Assembly (NCBI GenBank): GCA_963666215.2
Contig: CAXWPL010000004.1
Coordinates: 992,001-1,056,000 of the forward strand
DNA length: 64,000 nt
Direction: 5' to 3'
Source of the DNA: Acidobacteriota bacterium
GTDB lineage: Bacteria; Acidobacteriota; UBA890; WLXD01
Position 1 is the first letter of the stretch. Every line of letters begins with the position of its first letter. Both the position numbers and the translations under genes were made by a program. The notes beneath the pieces are model-generated. The model was not told the DNA's origin. It saw nothing but the letters and a program-made list of their open reading frames with translations, and ran no database searches. Below, one piece after another: positions 31,848 through 41,940 of this stretch.

Positions 31848-34800
31848 TCAGCGCTCGAGCGTCACCTGTTCGACATTGTCATCCGTATCCAAGTCGACCA
31901 GCAGGTGGCGGGGATCGATGCCGGCCAGGGCGGGTCTGCTCGGCACGGTCACCGTGATCGTCTCCCGAGCGGAACGGATGTGGTGCCTCTGCAGGTAGAG
32001 CGGCTCGCCTGACTCCTCCCCCGGGTCTGCGGGGGCGAAGACCCCGATCTCCACCCAGTCGTCCATCGGCACGGGGGTCTCGACGCCCTCGGCGTCGACC
32101 ACCAGCTTGCGCGCCCGCACGTCGAGCGTCACCTGCCAGGTACCTGCTTCGGTCTGCTCCGTCGTGGCCCGCTCAGTCTCGAGCTCCCAGAAGGTGTTGG
32201 CCTCGAAGAGGTCGTGCAGGAGGGTTTGGAGCGAGTCCGGCGTGACCGCCTGAAGCTCTCGATAGAGATCGAGCGAGGTCGCCCGGGGTGCCGCCGCGGA
32301 ACTATGCTCTTCGCGCAGGCGACGAAACGCCGCGTTGACCCGTTCCTCGCCGACGTACTCGCTGAGCGCGTAGAGCGCCAAGGGTCCCTTACGGTAGCTC
32401 AGGTAGGCGTTGTTGGAGCGGAGCAGGGGGACCGTCGCGCGTACCGGTGGGAACGGCGCCGGCTCACGCATCCAGCCCAGGAGTCGACGCAGATGATCGC
32501 GTCCGTAGCCTTCGCGTAGTGTGCCCATCGCGGCGTACCACGCGAAGCTCTCGGAAAGCAGCCCGGCTCCCGCGACACGCGTGTATGGGATTCCCCACCC
32601 GTGCCCTACCTCGTGGGCCACCGTCGCGAACACCAGATCGAACCCCCGCGAATCTTCATCGGGATTCAGTAGAGAAAACGCCTCTCCGTAGAAGATTGTG
32701 TCATCTTCCGCGTGCAGACCGAATGCGTGACCGGGACGCTCGATCAGGCGGATGTAGCCGCGCGCGCTCGGACCGAAGTGCGTGGTGTTGTAGTCAAGCG
32801 ACGCCTGCACACTTCGGACCATGCGATCCAGGTTCGCGGTGTGTCCCGGGTGGTGGAAGATCTGGATCGCGACATCGTTCCACTGTGCTTCGTGCACCGC
32901 GTAATTGGAGGAAGAGAACGCGTACTCGTTGCCGATGGGGGCATCCGTTGAATACTGGAAGTAGCGGCGCCCGCCTTCGGTCCAGGTCCGGCGCAGCGTC
33001 CCGGGCGCAACGGCAACCTGGTCCTCGTCCGTGCCGACGACCGCTTCGAAGGCGATCCGCTCGGGGCCGGTCGTCGGTTGCTGCGCTTCCACATCGTACG
33101 GAGAGAGCAGCTCGGGACGCGGCTCGAGCCCGTGAGCCCTGCGGACGTTGTTGTTGCTGATCTCGCGAGTTCGCTGATAGCCGATGGCGGGCAACCAAGC
33201 CTGATTCGTGAAGAACGTGCTGTTCGCTGTCACGGGAGTATCGACGGAGTGGTTGGAGAACTCCCGCAGGGCGACCTCCACAACGAAGCTGACCCGCAGG
33301 GAGTCGCCGGGCTCGAGCTGCTCCTCCAGGGCATAGATTCGGTGGCCCATCTGCTCGTCCGCGAACGCCAGCTCGGCCGGTCGATCGAACACTACCCCTG
33401 CGGTATCGACGTCCGGAACGGTGGCCAGGTGGACGGAGTCGATCGCCTCCATGCTGCTGTTCACCAGGCCGTAGGTGCCGCGGATCTGCACCTCCTGCCG
33501 CGCGGGATAGATCTCGACGCGCAGGTCGGTCTCCGTCAGTCGCGGCTGCGGGACACCCTGGTACTGGCCTAGGCGTCGCTCGTACTCGGCGCGATGCTCG
33601 GGTGTGTCGGATGCGGTGGAGGGCTCATTGAGCACATTCGTGTTGTAGAAGATGAAACCGCCCGACGTAAGAATGAGCACCACCACCACCGCGGCAGTCG
33701 CCGCCGTCGGACCCGTGAAGCGACGGCGCGCGATTCGAAGCCGCTCGCCGAGGCCCCCGTCCTGCCCCCGCACCCAGAGCAGCCTCGCCGCTATCGCGAG
33801 CAGCAGCACCCACGCGATCCAATAGAGCTTGAGCCACAGCCAAGGCCCGAGGGACGGGCCGAAGCCGAGCATGTCGGTGTAGGACCACCCCGGATCGAAT
33901 ATAGGAACGAGGAGGGCGTGCCCGAGCTCACTCGCGTAGGCGATCATCATGAAGAAGAGCGATAGGAGCGCGACCAATTGACCGACCGGCTTCTGATTCA
34001 CCACTACCTGCATCGCGAGGGCGAACAAGGAAAGTTGGACGTAGTCGGCAAGCTGAAGCCCGAATAGCACCTGCAGGTACAACCCGATCTCGATATCGGG
34101 AGAGCCGTTCATCACCTGAACGAAGATCCCGATCGCCATGAAGAGCGCCATGAAGGCAACGGGCAGAAGACTCAGGCCCAGAAACTTGCCCAGGAAGACC
34201 ACCCATTCGGGCACAGGCATCGCGTCGGCGATTTCGCTCAAACCCGCTTCCCGCTCCCGCCACAACAGCTCGCCGGCCCAGAAGACGATGAGCAACGGAA
34301 TCAGAATCCAGGGGAACGGCCCGGCCTGTGGGGTGATCAGCGCGACCAGGACATGCTCGGATCTCAGGAGCAGCGGAACGCGCATGAACCCGTCGAGCAC
34401 CATCACGAAGCCCAGCAGCGTGATGGCCGCGGCAAAAATGAGCCCGCTCCAACTCGTAGCGATCGTCCGGAACGCCGGCCACGCGATGGCGAGCGCCTGC
34501 CGCATCCGGGTCACCAAGCCGAACGTCGGTGGGACATGCGGGACCCCAGTGGCCCCCGTGGAAGAACTCGGGGTGCTGATCGCGATCCCCGTTCCCGCGG
34601 GCGCCGTTGCGTGGGCATCGCCGCGTCGCGCAATGCGACGCCACCAGGAGCTCGCCGTCGGGTGATGGAATCGAAACCGGTAGTGGGTGAAGGCGAGCAG
34701 CCCCACGGCGACGCCGACCCACAGGAGACGGTTCGCGAGAGGCCCGCTCTCCATCGCGATCAGGCGCGTATTCAACTCGATCTGGGTCCATCCCACCGTC

Positions 34801-35453
34801 AGGTCGTCGCGCGTGATGGCGATGACGCCGAGCGGATCCAGCAGCTGCCTGAGGTCCCGGCTCAGAGAACGCGCCATTCCCACCACCTGCATTCCGACGA
34901 GCAGGAGTATGCCGGCGAGGTAGCTCGTAATGGCGCGACGGCTGAGTGCCGAGAACGAGAACTGGACCGCCGTGACGACGAACGCGATCGGCACCGCGAT
35001 GAAGCCGTACGCGGTGAGGTAGGCCATCGGCAGGAACGGACCGCGGATCTCGGCCTCCGCCTCAGGCCCGTACACGCCCAGCAAGGTGCCTAGCGGCACG
35101 GCGATCAGGATCAGAGCATTGAGGACAAAGGCAGCGAGGAACCGTCCGCCCAGATACTCGCCTTTGCTGACGGGAGCGGTGTAGGTGAGGGCATCCATCC
35201 TTGTCGCCACGTCACGCGCGGCCGCGTTGCCGGCGATGGCGGCCGCTACCACAAGCCAAGCCAGGCAGCCCATGATCGTGACGCTCGCGACGACGAACGG
35301 CGCTCCGACGAAGTACTCCCCGTTCCGCGCGGACGCGAGCTCGCCGGGTATCTGCACGAAAGCGAAGAAGACCAGCGCTGCGAAGTAGAGCCAGGTGGAG
35401 ACACGGCGCAGTTGATAGCCGAGCTCGAAGCGAAAGACTCCGAGCAACTTCAT
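31848..35453 (-). CDS. ABC-2 permease fused to M1-family aminopeptidase domain
   Basis: Two membrane blocks; AHEVGH...LSESFA zinc motif; YRKG; ATGA overlap with the ATPase. Confidence 0.88.
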   Translation of the reverse strand: MKLLGVFRFELGYQLRRVSTWLYFAALVFFAFVQIPGELASARNGEYFVGAPFVVASVTIMGCLAWLVVAAAIAGNAAARDVATRMDALTYTAPVSKGEYLGGRFLAAFVLNALILIAVPLGTLLGVYGPEAEAEIRGPFLPMAYLTAYGFIAVPIAFVVTAVQFSFSALSRRAITSYLAGILLLVGMQVVGMARSLSRDLRQLLDPLGVIAITRDDLTVGWTQIELNTRLIAMESGPLANRLLWVGVAVGLLAFTHYRFRFHHPTASSWWRRIARRGDAHATAPAGTGIAISTPSSSTGATGVPHVPPTFGLVTRMRQALAIAWPAFRTIATSWSGLIFAAAITLLGFVMVLDGFMRVPLLLRSEHVLVALITPQAGPFPWILIPLLIVFWAGELLWREREAGLSEIADAMPVPEWVVFLGKFLGLSLLPVAFMALFMAIGIFVQVMNGSPDIEIGLYLQVLFGLQLADYVQLSLFALAMQVVVNQKPVGQLVALLSLFFMMIAYASELGHALLVPIFDPGWSYTDMLGFGPSLGPWLWLKLYWIAWVLLLAIAARLLWVRGQDGGLGERLRIARRRFTGPTAATAAVVVVLILTSGGFIFYNTNVLNEPSTASDTPEHRAEYERRLGQYQGVPQPRLTETDLRVEIYPARQEVQIRGTYGLVNSSMEAIDSVHLATVPDVDTAGVVFDRPAELAFADEQMGHRIYALEEQLEPGDSLRVSFVVEVALREFSNHSVDTPVTANSTFFTNQAWLPAIGYQRTREISNNNVRRAHGLEPRPELLSPYDVEAQQPTTGPERIAFEAVVGTDEDQVAVAPGTLRRTWTEGGRRYFQYSTDAPIGNEYAFSSSNYAVHEAQWNDVAIQIFHHPGHTANLDRMVRSVQASLDYNTTHFGPSARGYIRLIERPGHAFGLHAEDDTIFYGEAFSLLNPDEDSRGFDLVFATVAHEVGHGWGIPYTRVAGAGLLSESFAWYAAMGTLREGYGRDHLRRLLGWMREPAPFPPVRATVPLLRSNNAYLSYRKGPLALYALSEYVGEERVNAAFRRLREEHSSAAAPRATSLDLYRELQAVTPDSLQTLLHDLFEANTFWELETERATTEQTEAGTWQVTLDVRARKLVVDAEGVETPVPMDDWVEIGVFAPADPGEESGEPLYLQRHHIRSARETITVTVPSRPALAGIDPRHLLVDLDTDDNVEQVTLER

Positions 35454-36385
35454 GGCGCGGCGACCGGCTCCGGCCGATCTGTCTTCGTAGTTGCGCCGTT
35501 GGCGCGGCGCCGGTCGATCCGACCTGTCATCGCGCTGAAATAGACGTCCTTCAGGCCCGCCTCGACGGGATCGAAGCCGGGGCCGGGAGCCGCGTCGGCG
35601 TAGACGTGCACGACGGGGCGCCCAGCGAGGAGCCTTGTCGAGATCACCGCGTGCTCCCGCTCCAGCCTGGGCAGCTCTTCCTTGGCAACCACGCAGCGCC
35701 AGATCCGGCCCCGGAGATCGTCAACCGCGCGCAGCGGTTCGGCCTCGAGCAGGATCTCTCCCCGGTCGATGATCGCCATCCGGGTGCACAGCTCGCTGAC
35801 ATCCTCGACGATGTGCGTGGAAAGGAAGACGACGCTGTTCTCGCCGAGCTCGCTGAGCAGGTTCAGAAATCGCACGCGCTCGGCCGGGTCGAGGCCGGCC
35901 GTCGGCTCGTCCACGATCATCAGCTTCGGATTGCCCAGGAGCGCCACGGCGACGCCGAAGCGCTGCTTCATGCCGCCCGAGTAGCCACCCAGCTTCTGCT
36001 TGCGCACCTCCCACAGGTTCGTCTGCCGGAGGAGCGCCTCTACGACCTCCTTGCGCGCCCGACGCTCGGCAATGCCCTTGAGTATTGCGAAGTGATCGAG
36101 CAGGTGCTCCGCACTCACCTTCGGATAGACGCCGAACTCCTGCGGCAGGTAGCCGAGCATCTTGCGTACTTCATCCTTCTGGTTCAGCACGTCAACATCA
36201 CCAAGGCGGACGCTGCCCTCATCCGGTTCTTGCAGCGTCGCCAGGATGCGCATCAGCGTAGACTTACCCGCACCGTTAGGGCCCAGCAGGCCGTACATTC
36301 CCACCGGAATCGTGAGCGTCACGTCCTTCAGCGCCTGCACCCCGTTCGAATAGATCTTGGATACGCCTCGGATGTCCAACTCCAT
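35450..36385 (-). CDS. ABC transporter ATP-binding protein
   Basis: GPNGAGKS, YSGGMKQR, IVDEPTAGLD, STH. Confidence 0.95.
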   Translation of the reverse strand: MELDIRGVSKIYSNGVQALKDVTLTIPVGMYGLLGPNGAGKSTLMRILATLQEPDEGSVRLGDVDVLNQKDEVRKMLGYLPQEFGVYPKVSAEHLLDHFAILKGIAERRARKEVVEALLRQTNLWEVRKQKLGGYSGGMKQRFGVAVALLGNPKLMIVDEPTAGLDPAERVRFLNLLSELGENSVVFLSTHIVEDVSELCTRMAIIDRGEILLEAEPLRAVDDLRGRIWRCVVAKEELPRLEREHAVISTRLLAGRPVVHVYADAAPGPGFDPVEAGLKDVYFSAMTGRIDRRRANGATTKTDRPEPVAAP

Positions 36386-36466
36386 AGCTGTCTCCCGTTA
36401 GGCGCACGATGCCCGGTCGCCCACGATCTTCCCGGCACGGCTACCTTCTGAAGTTTGCTATGACAT

Positions 36467-36487
36467 GTACTTTACTCGACAAAGTAC
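36467..36487. promoter_or_regulatory. Perfect 7-7-7 palindrome, candidate operator between divergent genes
   Basis: GTACTTT-ACTCGAC-AAAGTAC. Confidence 0.65.
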
Positions 36488-36527
36488 TGAGATACGTCAT
36501 GGGCGTCAACCGACTCCCCGCCCCAGC

Positions 36528-37424
36528 ATGACGGCTTACAGCGAAGGAGACCTGACGGCAGGGAGGGCGAAGGCCATCATCTCCGCTAGCTTCCCCCAGT
36601 TTCGAGGAATGCGCGTGGAACGGCTGGGTGAAGGCCGTGATTTTCGGGTCTTCGAGGTGGAAGAAGAATTGCTGTTCCGCTTTCCCAAACGCGAGAAGGG
36701 TGCGCTCAGGCTGAGCATGGAATGCAAGCTCCTCCGTGATCTATGGGAGCGCTTGTCGTTGCCTGTTCCCAGATATGAGTATTTCGGAGTGTCGCCGGAG
36801 CGATCGGGCTGGCCATTTGCCGGATATAAGAAGATCCCGGGTATCCCCGGTGATGTTGCCGAGGCAATCAATCGGCAATCGGCTGCGCGACAGCTAGGAA
36901 CTTTCCTGGGCGAGCTCCACGCCTATCCGGTTGACAAAGCCAAGGAGGCAGGCGTACCGAAAGAGATTGACCTCGTGGCGCGGTGGCGCGATGAGTCGCT
37001 CAATGAGCTTGATAGGGTCGCCGACCTGGAAATCAACCTGCCCGACCTGCGCAACTATCTCGAGAACCACGTTCCGCCGCCATTTGACGGCGTCCCAAGG
37101 CTCCTTCACAGGGACTTCTTGGCGGAGCACGTTCTAATTGATCGTCGCACAGGTGATGTGAGCGGGATTATTGATTGGGCGGATGCCGTTATTGGTGATC
37201 CCGCTGTTGACTTCGCCGGTCTATATAGCTGGCACGGAGAGCGCTGGCTGAAGGATGTTCTGACCTGTTACCCTGAACCAGTCGACTCAGAGACCATTTC
37301 GAGGGCGCGCTATCTGGCGGCTTGCTTCGCAATCCACAACATCATCCTCGGTCGAGCTCTTGGTCACGCCCGATGGGTCAAGGCTGCGCATGCGGCTCTG
37401 GAGTGGGTCTTCGCGGCCAAATAA
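36528..37424 (+). CDS. Aminoglycoside phosphotransferase/choline kinase-family protein
   Basis: LFRFPK, LLHRDFLAEHVL, GIIDWAD...GDPAVDF; visibly lower GC than neighbours. Confidence 0.85.
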   Translation: MTAYSEGDLTAGRAKAIISASFPQFRGMRVERLGEGRDFRVFEVEEELLFRFPKREKGALRLSMECKLLRDLWERLSLPVPRYEYFGVSPERSGWPFAGYKKIPGIPGDVAEAINRQSAARQLGTFLGELHAYPVDKAKEAGVPKEIDLVARWRDESLNELDRVADLEINLPDLRNYLENHVPPPFDGVPRLLHRDFLAEHVLIDRRTGDVSGIIDWADAVIGDPAVDFAGLYSWHGERWLKDVLTCYPEPVDSETISRARYLAACFAIHNIILGRALGHARWVKAAHAALEWVFAAK

Positions 37425-37519
37425 CGGGGAAAGAGCCATTCCCTTTCGGACCAAGCACAAGCGCAAACGTGTATCTTCGCTCCCTTTGGCTCCGTCTACC
37501 GGTATTCTTCGCAGCTCCT

Positions 37520-37725
37520 TCATGAATCCCGTCTACGCTCCAAACATCGTGGCCGGGACGGCAGCGCTGGTTACGATGATTGTGCTCGTTACGTTTCGAC
37601 TGCGTGCCGAGGAACGCATGATGGTTGAAGAGTTCGGTGATGAATACGAGGCATACCGCAAGCGAACCAACCGATTCATTCCCGGAACCAAACCAAAGCC
37701 CGAGTCGACCGAGCTAATCTCATGA
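37520..37725 (+). pseudogene. C-terminal remnant of an isoprenylcysteine carboxyl methyltransferase-family protein
   Basis: RLRAEERMMVEEFGDEYEAYRKRTNRFIP; N-terminal part absent. Confidence 0.65.
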
Positions 37726-38085
37726 CTCTTCACCGTGTCCGCCTAGTCGCGTGTCTCGAGGATGTGATGTTTCGGACGCCCCCAGCTGCCCGAGGCGTAG
37801 TGCCTCTCTCGTTCGATGGAGTGCGCGGCCGTAGGACTCCGCTGCCCACGCCGTTCACGAACTTGGTCGGTGTCGCGGGCCCGAACGCGGAAGTGCCCGA
37901 CGAATCGATTACGGCTGTATTCAACGAGTTCAGCGGTCGTGAGGTGCCGTTCGGTTGGCTTCTCGGGCCCAATTCGCCGAACGATCTGGCCGGGAGACTC
38001 GAGCAGCGAGGCATGGTGCAAGTCGAAGAGTTCGCCGGCCTGGCGCTCACTGATCTCGAGCGCGATATCCGGGCGTCAGAGCACG
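37722..38085 (+). pseudogene. N-terminal fragment of a probable GNAT-type protein
   Basis: PFTNLVGVA...PFGWLLGPNSPNDLAGRLEQRG; protein-like sequence ends near 38080. Confidence 0.5.
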
Positions 38086-39280
38086 GCATGGCGAGGGTGC
38101 TCAGGAACCGGCCGTCGTCGCCAAAGACATCCACGAGGGTCAACTCATCCCAGCAGGGTCGACCGAAAAACTCGTCGGCGGTCTCGGCCTCGAGGTCGCA
38201 GTTTTGGAGTCGCCGTCCGGGACCGGGTCGCCTCACCCAAATCGCTCCCGACATGGCCGGCACGAAGGCGCTGAACGCTGGCTTGGTTGACGGGATATCG
38301 TCGCCGGTCCAGGTCCAGTCGGACACCATGTCGCGAAATTCCGCGGTTTGGGCGCGGCGCCACCAGTCGCTTTCGTCGGCCTCCACCGCCACCGGATCGA
38401 CGCGCCGCTCTACCCGCACCGAGCTGCCGTCGGGGTTGTCGATCTGAAAACGGTAGGAGCTCGACAGGCCGGCGATCATCGCGCCGGAAGGCGACATCGC
38501 CCACACAACGCGGGGCGCGAACCTCACGTCGGCAGCCATCATCCCGGCCTCCGAGCGGGCTTCGAGGATCCGCGGCTCGAAGTCGAAATCGGACGGCATC
38601 ATGAGGTCGTCATAGAAGCCGTCGTCGCTCACCGCCCGCATCCCCGAGAGAAAGTCGTCGGTACCCTCTTCAGGCTCCTGGAAATCGCGGGTGTAGAGAA
38701 CACCGTCGCGCGTCAGCACCAGTGGGTCGCTGCTGAAAAAGCCCGATCGCGTCGGGTAGATGCCTAGCGGTTCGCCCGCCTCATCGAAGATCACGATCCG
38801 TCCGTTGCGCGGATCGCGTACGTGCACGCGGCCTTCCGGCGAGATCGCGATGGCGTTCGGACCTTCGAATTCGCCAGGTCCCTGGCCGGCACCGCCGATG
38901 TCGGCGACGTGCTCGCCCTGCCAGTCGTACACCCGCACCACCGGAACCTGCGAGTCCACGACGTAGATCCGCTCGTTATGCGCGGCAATGCCTCGAACGC
39001 CGCCGAGCATGTAGGGCTCGGCGCCCTCGGCGACACCGATCGATGCCCGTTCAACCAGTGCGGCTCCTTCACCCCAAACAGACGCAGAGAGGTTCGCAAC
39101 GCGTGTCACGTTGCCTTCCGTGACCACGTCACCCACCCAGCGTTCGCTGTCAGGAGTGTCTTCGCTGCCGCCGCAACCAGCGAGCGCTAGGGCGCAGCCG
39201 AGCACCGTAGTAGTCGAGAAAGTAGTGGCGCGACGAGAGCTCCACTCTGATTCAAGGCGTGCCGGGTGTTGTCGGGGCAT
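38080..39280 (-). pseudogene. 6-bladed beta-propeller lipoprotein lacking its native C-terminus
   Basis: LAGC lipobox; GGAGQGPGEF; similarity ends at DVFGDDGRFLSTLAMP, and the frame then reads through antisense to 37730. Confidence 0.65.
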
Positions 39281-39377
39281 GGGCGTTCCTTGTCCGCAAT
39301 GGGGAGCGGTCTCGGGCCACGGCCAACTAACACTCAGGGCGTGGCGATCGTCAAGCAACGGCGGTGAAAGTGACCGC

Positions 39378-39398
39378 AAAATAGGCGCAAGAATCGGG
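39378..39398 (+). promoter_or_regulatory. Ada-box-like sequence
   Basis: AAAATAGGCGCAAGAATCGGG resembles the E. coli ada promoter box (AAAGCGCAAGA), about 70 nt upstream of the Ada-like gene. Confidence 0.4.
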
Positions 39399-39465
39399 TC
39401 GTGGATTCTCCGGGTCGCCAATACGGTAGCCTCAACATCCTCGAAATAGACCCAGGAGAGAATCC

Positions 39466-40371
39466 GTGCAGGAACGTCCCGCCAGCAGCTACGATTACCG
39501 CCGTATCGAGTCGGCGATCCGTTACCTCGAAGATCACCACGACCAACAGCCGTCGCTCGACGAGGTGGCCGAGCATGTGGGTCTGAGCAAGTACCACTTC
39601 CAGCGCACCTTCAGGCGTTGGGCGGGCGTGTCGCCCAAGCGGTTCCTTCAGTATCTCACGGTCGAGCACGCCAAGGACCTGCTCGATGGCTCGGCGAGCG
39701 TGCTCGAAACAGCTTTCGAGACGGGGCTATCAGGGCCGGGTCGGCTGCACGATCTGTTCGTTAGCACCGAGGCGGTGACACCAGGTAACTACAAGCGTCG
39801 AGGCGAAGGTCTGACGGTGCGCTACGGGGTGCACGAGTCGCCGTTCGGCGACTGTGTGCTCGCCACCACTGAGCGCGGACTGTGCAACTTGCGGTTTGTC
39901 GACCAGCCGGAAGGGGACCTTGCGGCTGAGCTCGAGGCCAGCTGGCCGGCGGCGCGGATTGAGCACGACAGCGAGGGAACGGCCGAGCTCGTGGAACAGA
40001 TCTTCGAGCGATCCGACGGTGCACCCGGGATGAGCTTGTTCCTGGCCGGAACGAACTTCCAGATCAAGGTCTGGAAGGCGCTCTTGCGGATTCCCGAGGA
40101 CCGAGCCGTGAGCTACGGCGATGTGGCGCGGGCCATCGACAACCCCGGGGCGGTGCGAGCCGTGGGCGGCGCGGTTGGCGACAACCCGATTGCGTACTTG
40201 ATTCCTTGCCATCGTGTTCTCCGTGCCAACGCTCGGCTCGGCGGCTACCGCTGGGGGACCACCCGCAAGCTGGCGATTCTCGGCTGGGAGGCAGGGATGC
40301 GTGAGCGTGCCGGGCAACCGACTGCGGCGGTGCGAGCTCAGCAGCTGAGCTTCGGGGTGGGCGTGGCCTGA
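39466..40371 (+). CDS. AraC-HTH / methylated-DNA-protein-cysteine methyltransferase (Ada-like, no N-terminal Zn domain)
   Basis: HFQRTFRRWAGVSPK, GRLHDLF, GTNFQIKVW, AVRAVG, IPCHRV. Confidence 0.92.
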   Translation: MQERPASSYDYRRIESAIRYLEDHHDQQPSLDEVAEHVGLSKYHFQRTFRRWAGVSPKRFLQYLTVEHAKDLLDGSASVLETAFETGLSGPGRLHDLFVSTEAVTPGNYKRRGEGLTVRYGVHESPFGDCVLATTERGLCNLRFVDQPEGDLAAELEASWPAARIEHDSEGTAELVEQIFERSDGAPGMSLFLAGTNFQIKVWKALLRIPEDRAVSYGDVARAIDNPGAVRAVGGAVGDNPIAYLIPCHRVLRANARLGGYRWGTTRKLAILGWEAGMRERAGQPTAAVRAQQLSFGVGVA

Positions 40372-41807
40372 TGTCGGAGCTGCGGCGTGCGTTGGACGCA
40401 CTGCTCGCGGTCGCAGCCGATCATTCCTCGCGCCTGCGGCATCGGCCCGTCGCACCGTCGGCCGACGTCGCCGCGATTCGTCGTCGTCTCGCCGCGACAT
40501 TCGATCTCGGCTCGCCGACCAGCCCCGACGAGCTGGTCGGCGAGGTGGTGTCGCTACTGGAGGAGGAGAATCTCCACGTCACGCATCCACGCTACTTCGG
40601 CCTGTTCAATCCGAGCGTGCGCCCGATCTCGGTGGTGGCCGATGCGCTGGTGGCGCTCTACAACCCGCAGCTGGCGGCATGGAAGCACGCACCCGCTGCC
40701 AACGAGATGGAACGTCAGGTGCTGGCCGCGCTGACGCAGCGGATTGGCTTCGATCCGGCGAGCAGCGTTGCGCACTTCACGACGGGAGGCCAGGAAGCGA
40801 ACAACAGCGGTCTGCTTGGAGCCTTGGGCTGGCGGTTCCCTGAGTGGGCAACTGCGGGTGCGCGGGCGCTCGATGGTCAACCGACGATCTATCTGTCTTC
40901 GGAGGGCCACCATTCATTCTTGAAGCTGGCACACGCCACTGGGATCGGGCGCGACGCTGTTCGCCTGGTGAACGTGCGCGATGACCTGCGCCTAGACACG
41001 GCGCACCTGGGCGAGCTGATCGAAGCCGACCGGAGTGCCGGGAAGATCCCCACGATGGTTGTGGCGACGGCGGGTACCACGGGCGCCGGGGCCATCGATG
41101 AGCTCGGGGCGATCGCCAATGTCGCGGTAGCCGAGCGCATGTGGTTGCACGTCGACGCCGCATGGGGCGGTAGCGCGCTGCTCTCCGACGAGCTGGCGCC
41201 GCATCTGGCCGGCATCGAGCGTGCGGACTCCGTGACCTGGGACGCGCACAAGTGGCTGTCGGTGCCGGTCGGCGCAGGCATGTTCTTCAGCCGTCATCCG
41301 CAGGTCATCGACGCGGCCTTCTCGGTGGACGCGCGCAGCTACGTTCCTGCTGGTGTCGCCGAAGCACGCGACCCGTACGTCACCAGCATGCAGTGGAGCC
41401 GGCGCTTCATCGGCCTCAAGCTGTTCATGGCGATTGCCGAGCTGGGAATGGGCGGCTACGGCGAGCAGGTCGCCGCGCAGGCGCGCATCGCCGATCAGCT
41501 GCGGCAACTGCTTCGCGATCGCGGCTGGCGCATCGTCAACAGCACACCGCTGCCGCTGGTGTGCTTCACGCATCCTGCGATCGGGGGAGCCGGCGCCGGC
41601 AAGATGACCGCCCTCGACGTTGTGGAGGCGGTCGAGCGCACCGGCACGGCTTGGTTCTCGACCGTGGCGATTCCGATGCTCTCGGATCGGCCTGACGGAG
41701 GCACGGCGATTCGCGCCTGCATCACCAGCTACCACACGACCCACGACGACCTGCGCGTATCGGTTGACGCGCTTGACGCTGCGGTCGACGCGCTCGGCGC
41801 AGCCTAG
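40371..41807 (+). CDS. Group II PLP-dependent amino acid decarboxylase
   Basis: HPRYFG, TAGTT, WLHVDAAWGG, DAHKW; TGATG overlap with the Ada-like gene. Confidence 0.9.
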   Translation: MSELRRALDALLAVAADHSSRLRHRPVAPSADVAAIRRRLAATFDLGSPTSPDELVGEVVSLLEEENLHVTHPRYFGLFNPSVRPISVVADALVALYNPQLAAWKHAPAANEMERQVLAALTQRIGFDPASSVAHFTTGGQEANNSGLLGALGWRFPEWATAGARALDGQPTIYLSSEGHHSFLKLAHATGIGRDAVRLVNVRDDLRLDTAHLGELIEADRSAGKIPTMVVATAGTTGAGAIDELGAIANVAVAERMWLHVDAAWGGSALLSDELAPHLAGIERADSVTWDAHKWLSVPVGAGMFFSRHPQVIDAAFSVDARSYVPAGVAEARDPYVTSMQWSRRFIGLKLFMAIAELGMGGYGEQVAAQARIADQLRQLLRDRGWRIVNSTPLPLVCFTHPAIGGAGAGKMTALDVVEAVERTGTAWFSTVAIPMLSDRPDGGTAIRACITSYHTTHDDLRVSVDALDAAVDALGAA

Positions 41808-41851
41808 CCGGCTGGCAAGAACCGCAGTCGACGGATGGCGCTTGATGTGAC

Positions 41852-41885
41852 CAACAATGTTGGTTGGCTGTTGCCGACATTGTTG
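41852..41885. other. Intergenic inverted repeat (hairpin or operator)
   Basis: CAACAATGTTGG-N10-CCGACATTGTTG. Confidence 0.4.
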
Positions 41886-41940
41886 ATTGTACGATCTCAC
41901 GCGGACGATGCTCGAAACTGCAACGCGGCGACGAACCCCC

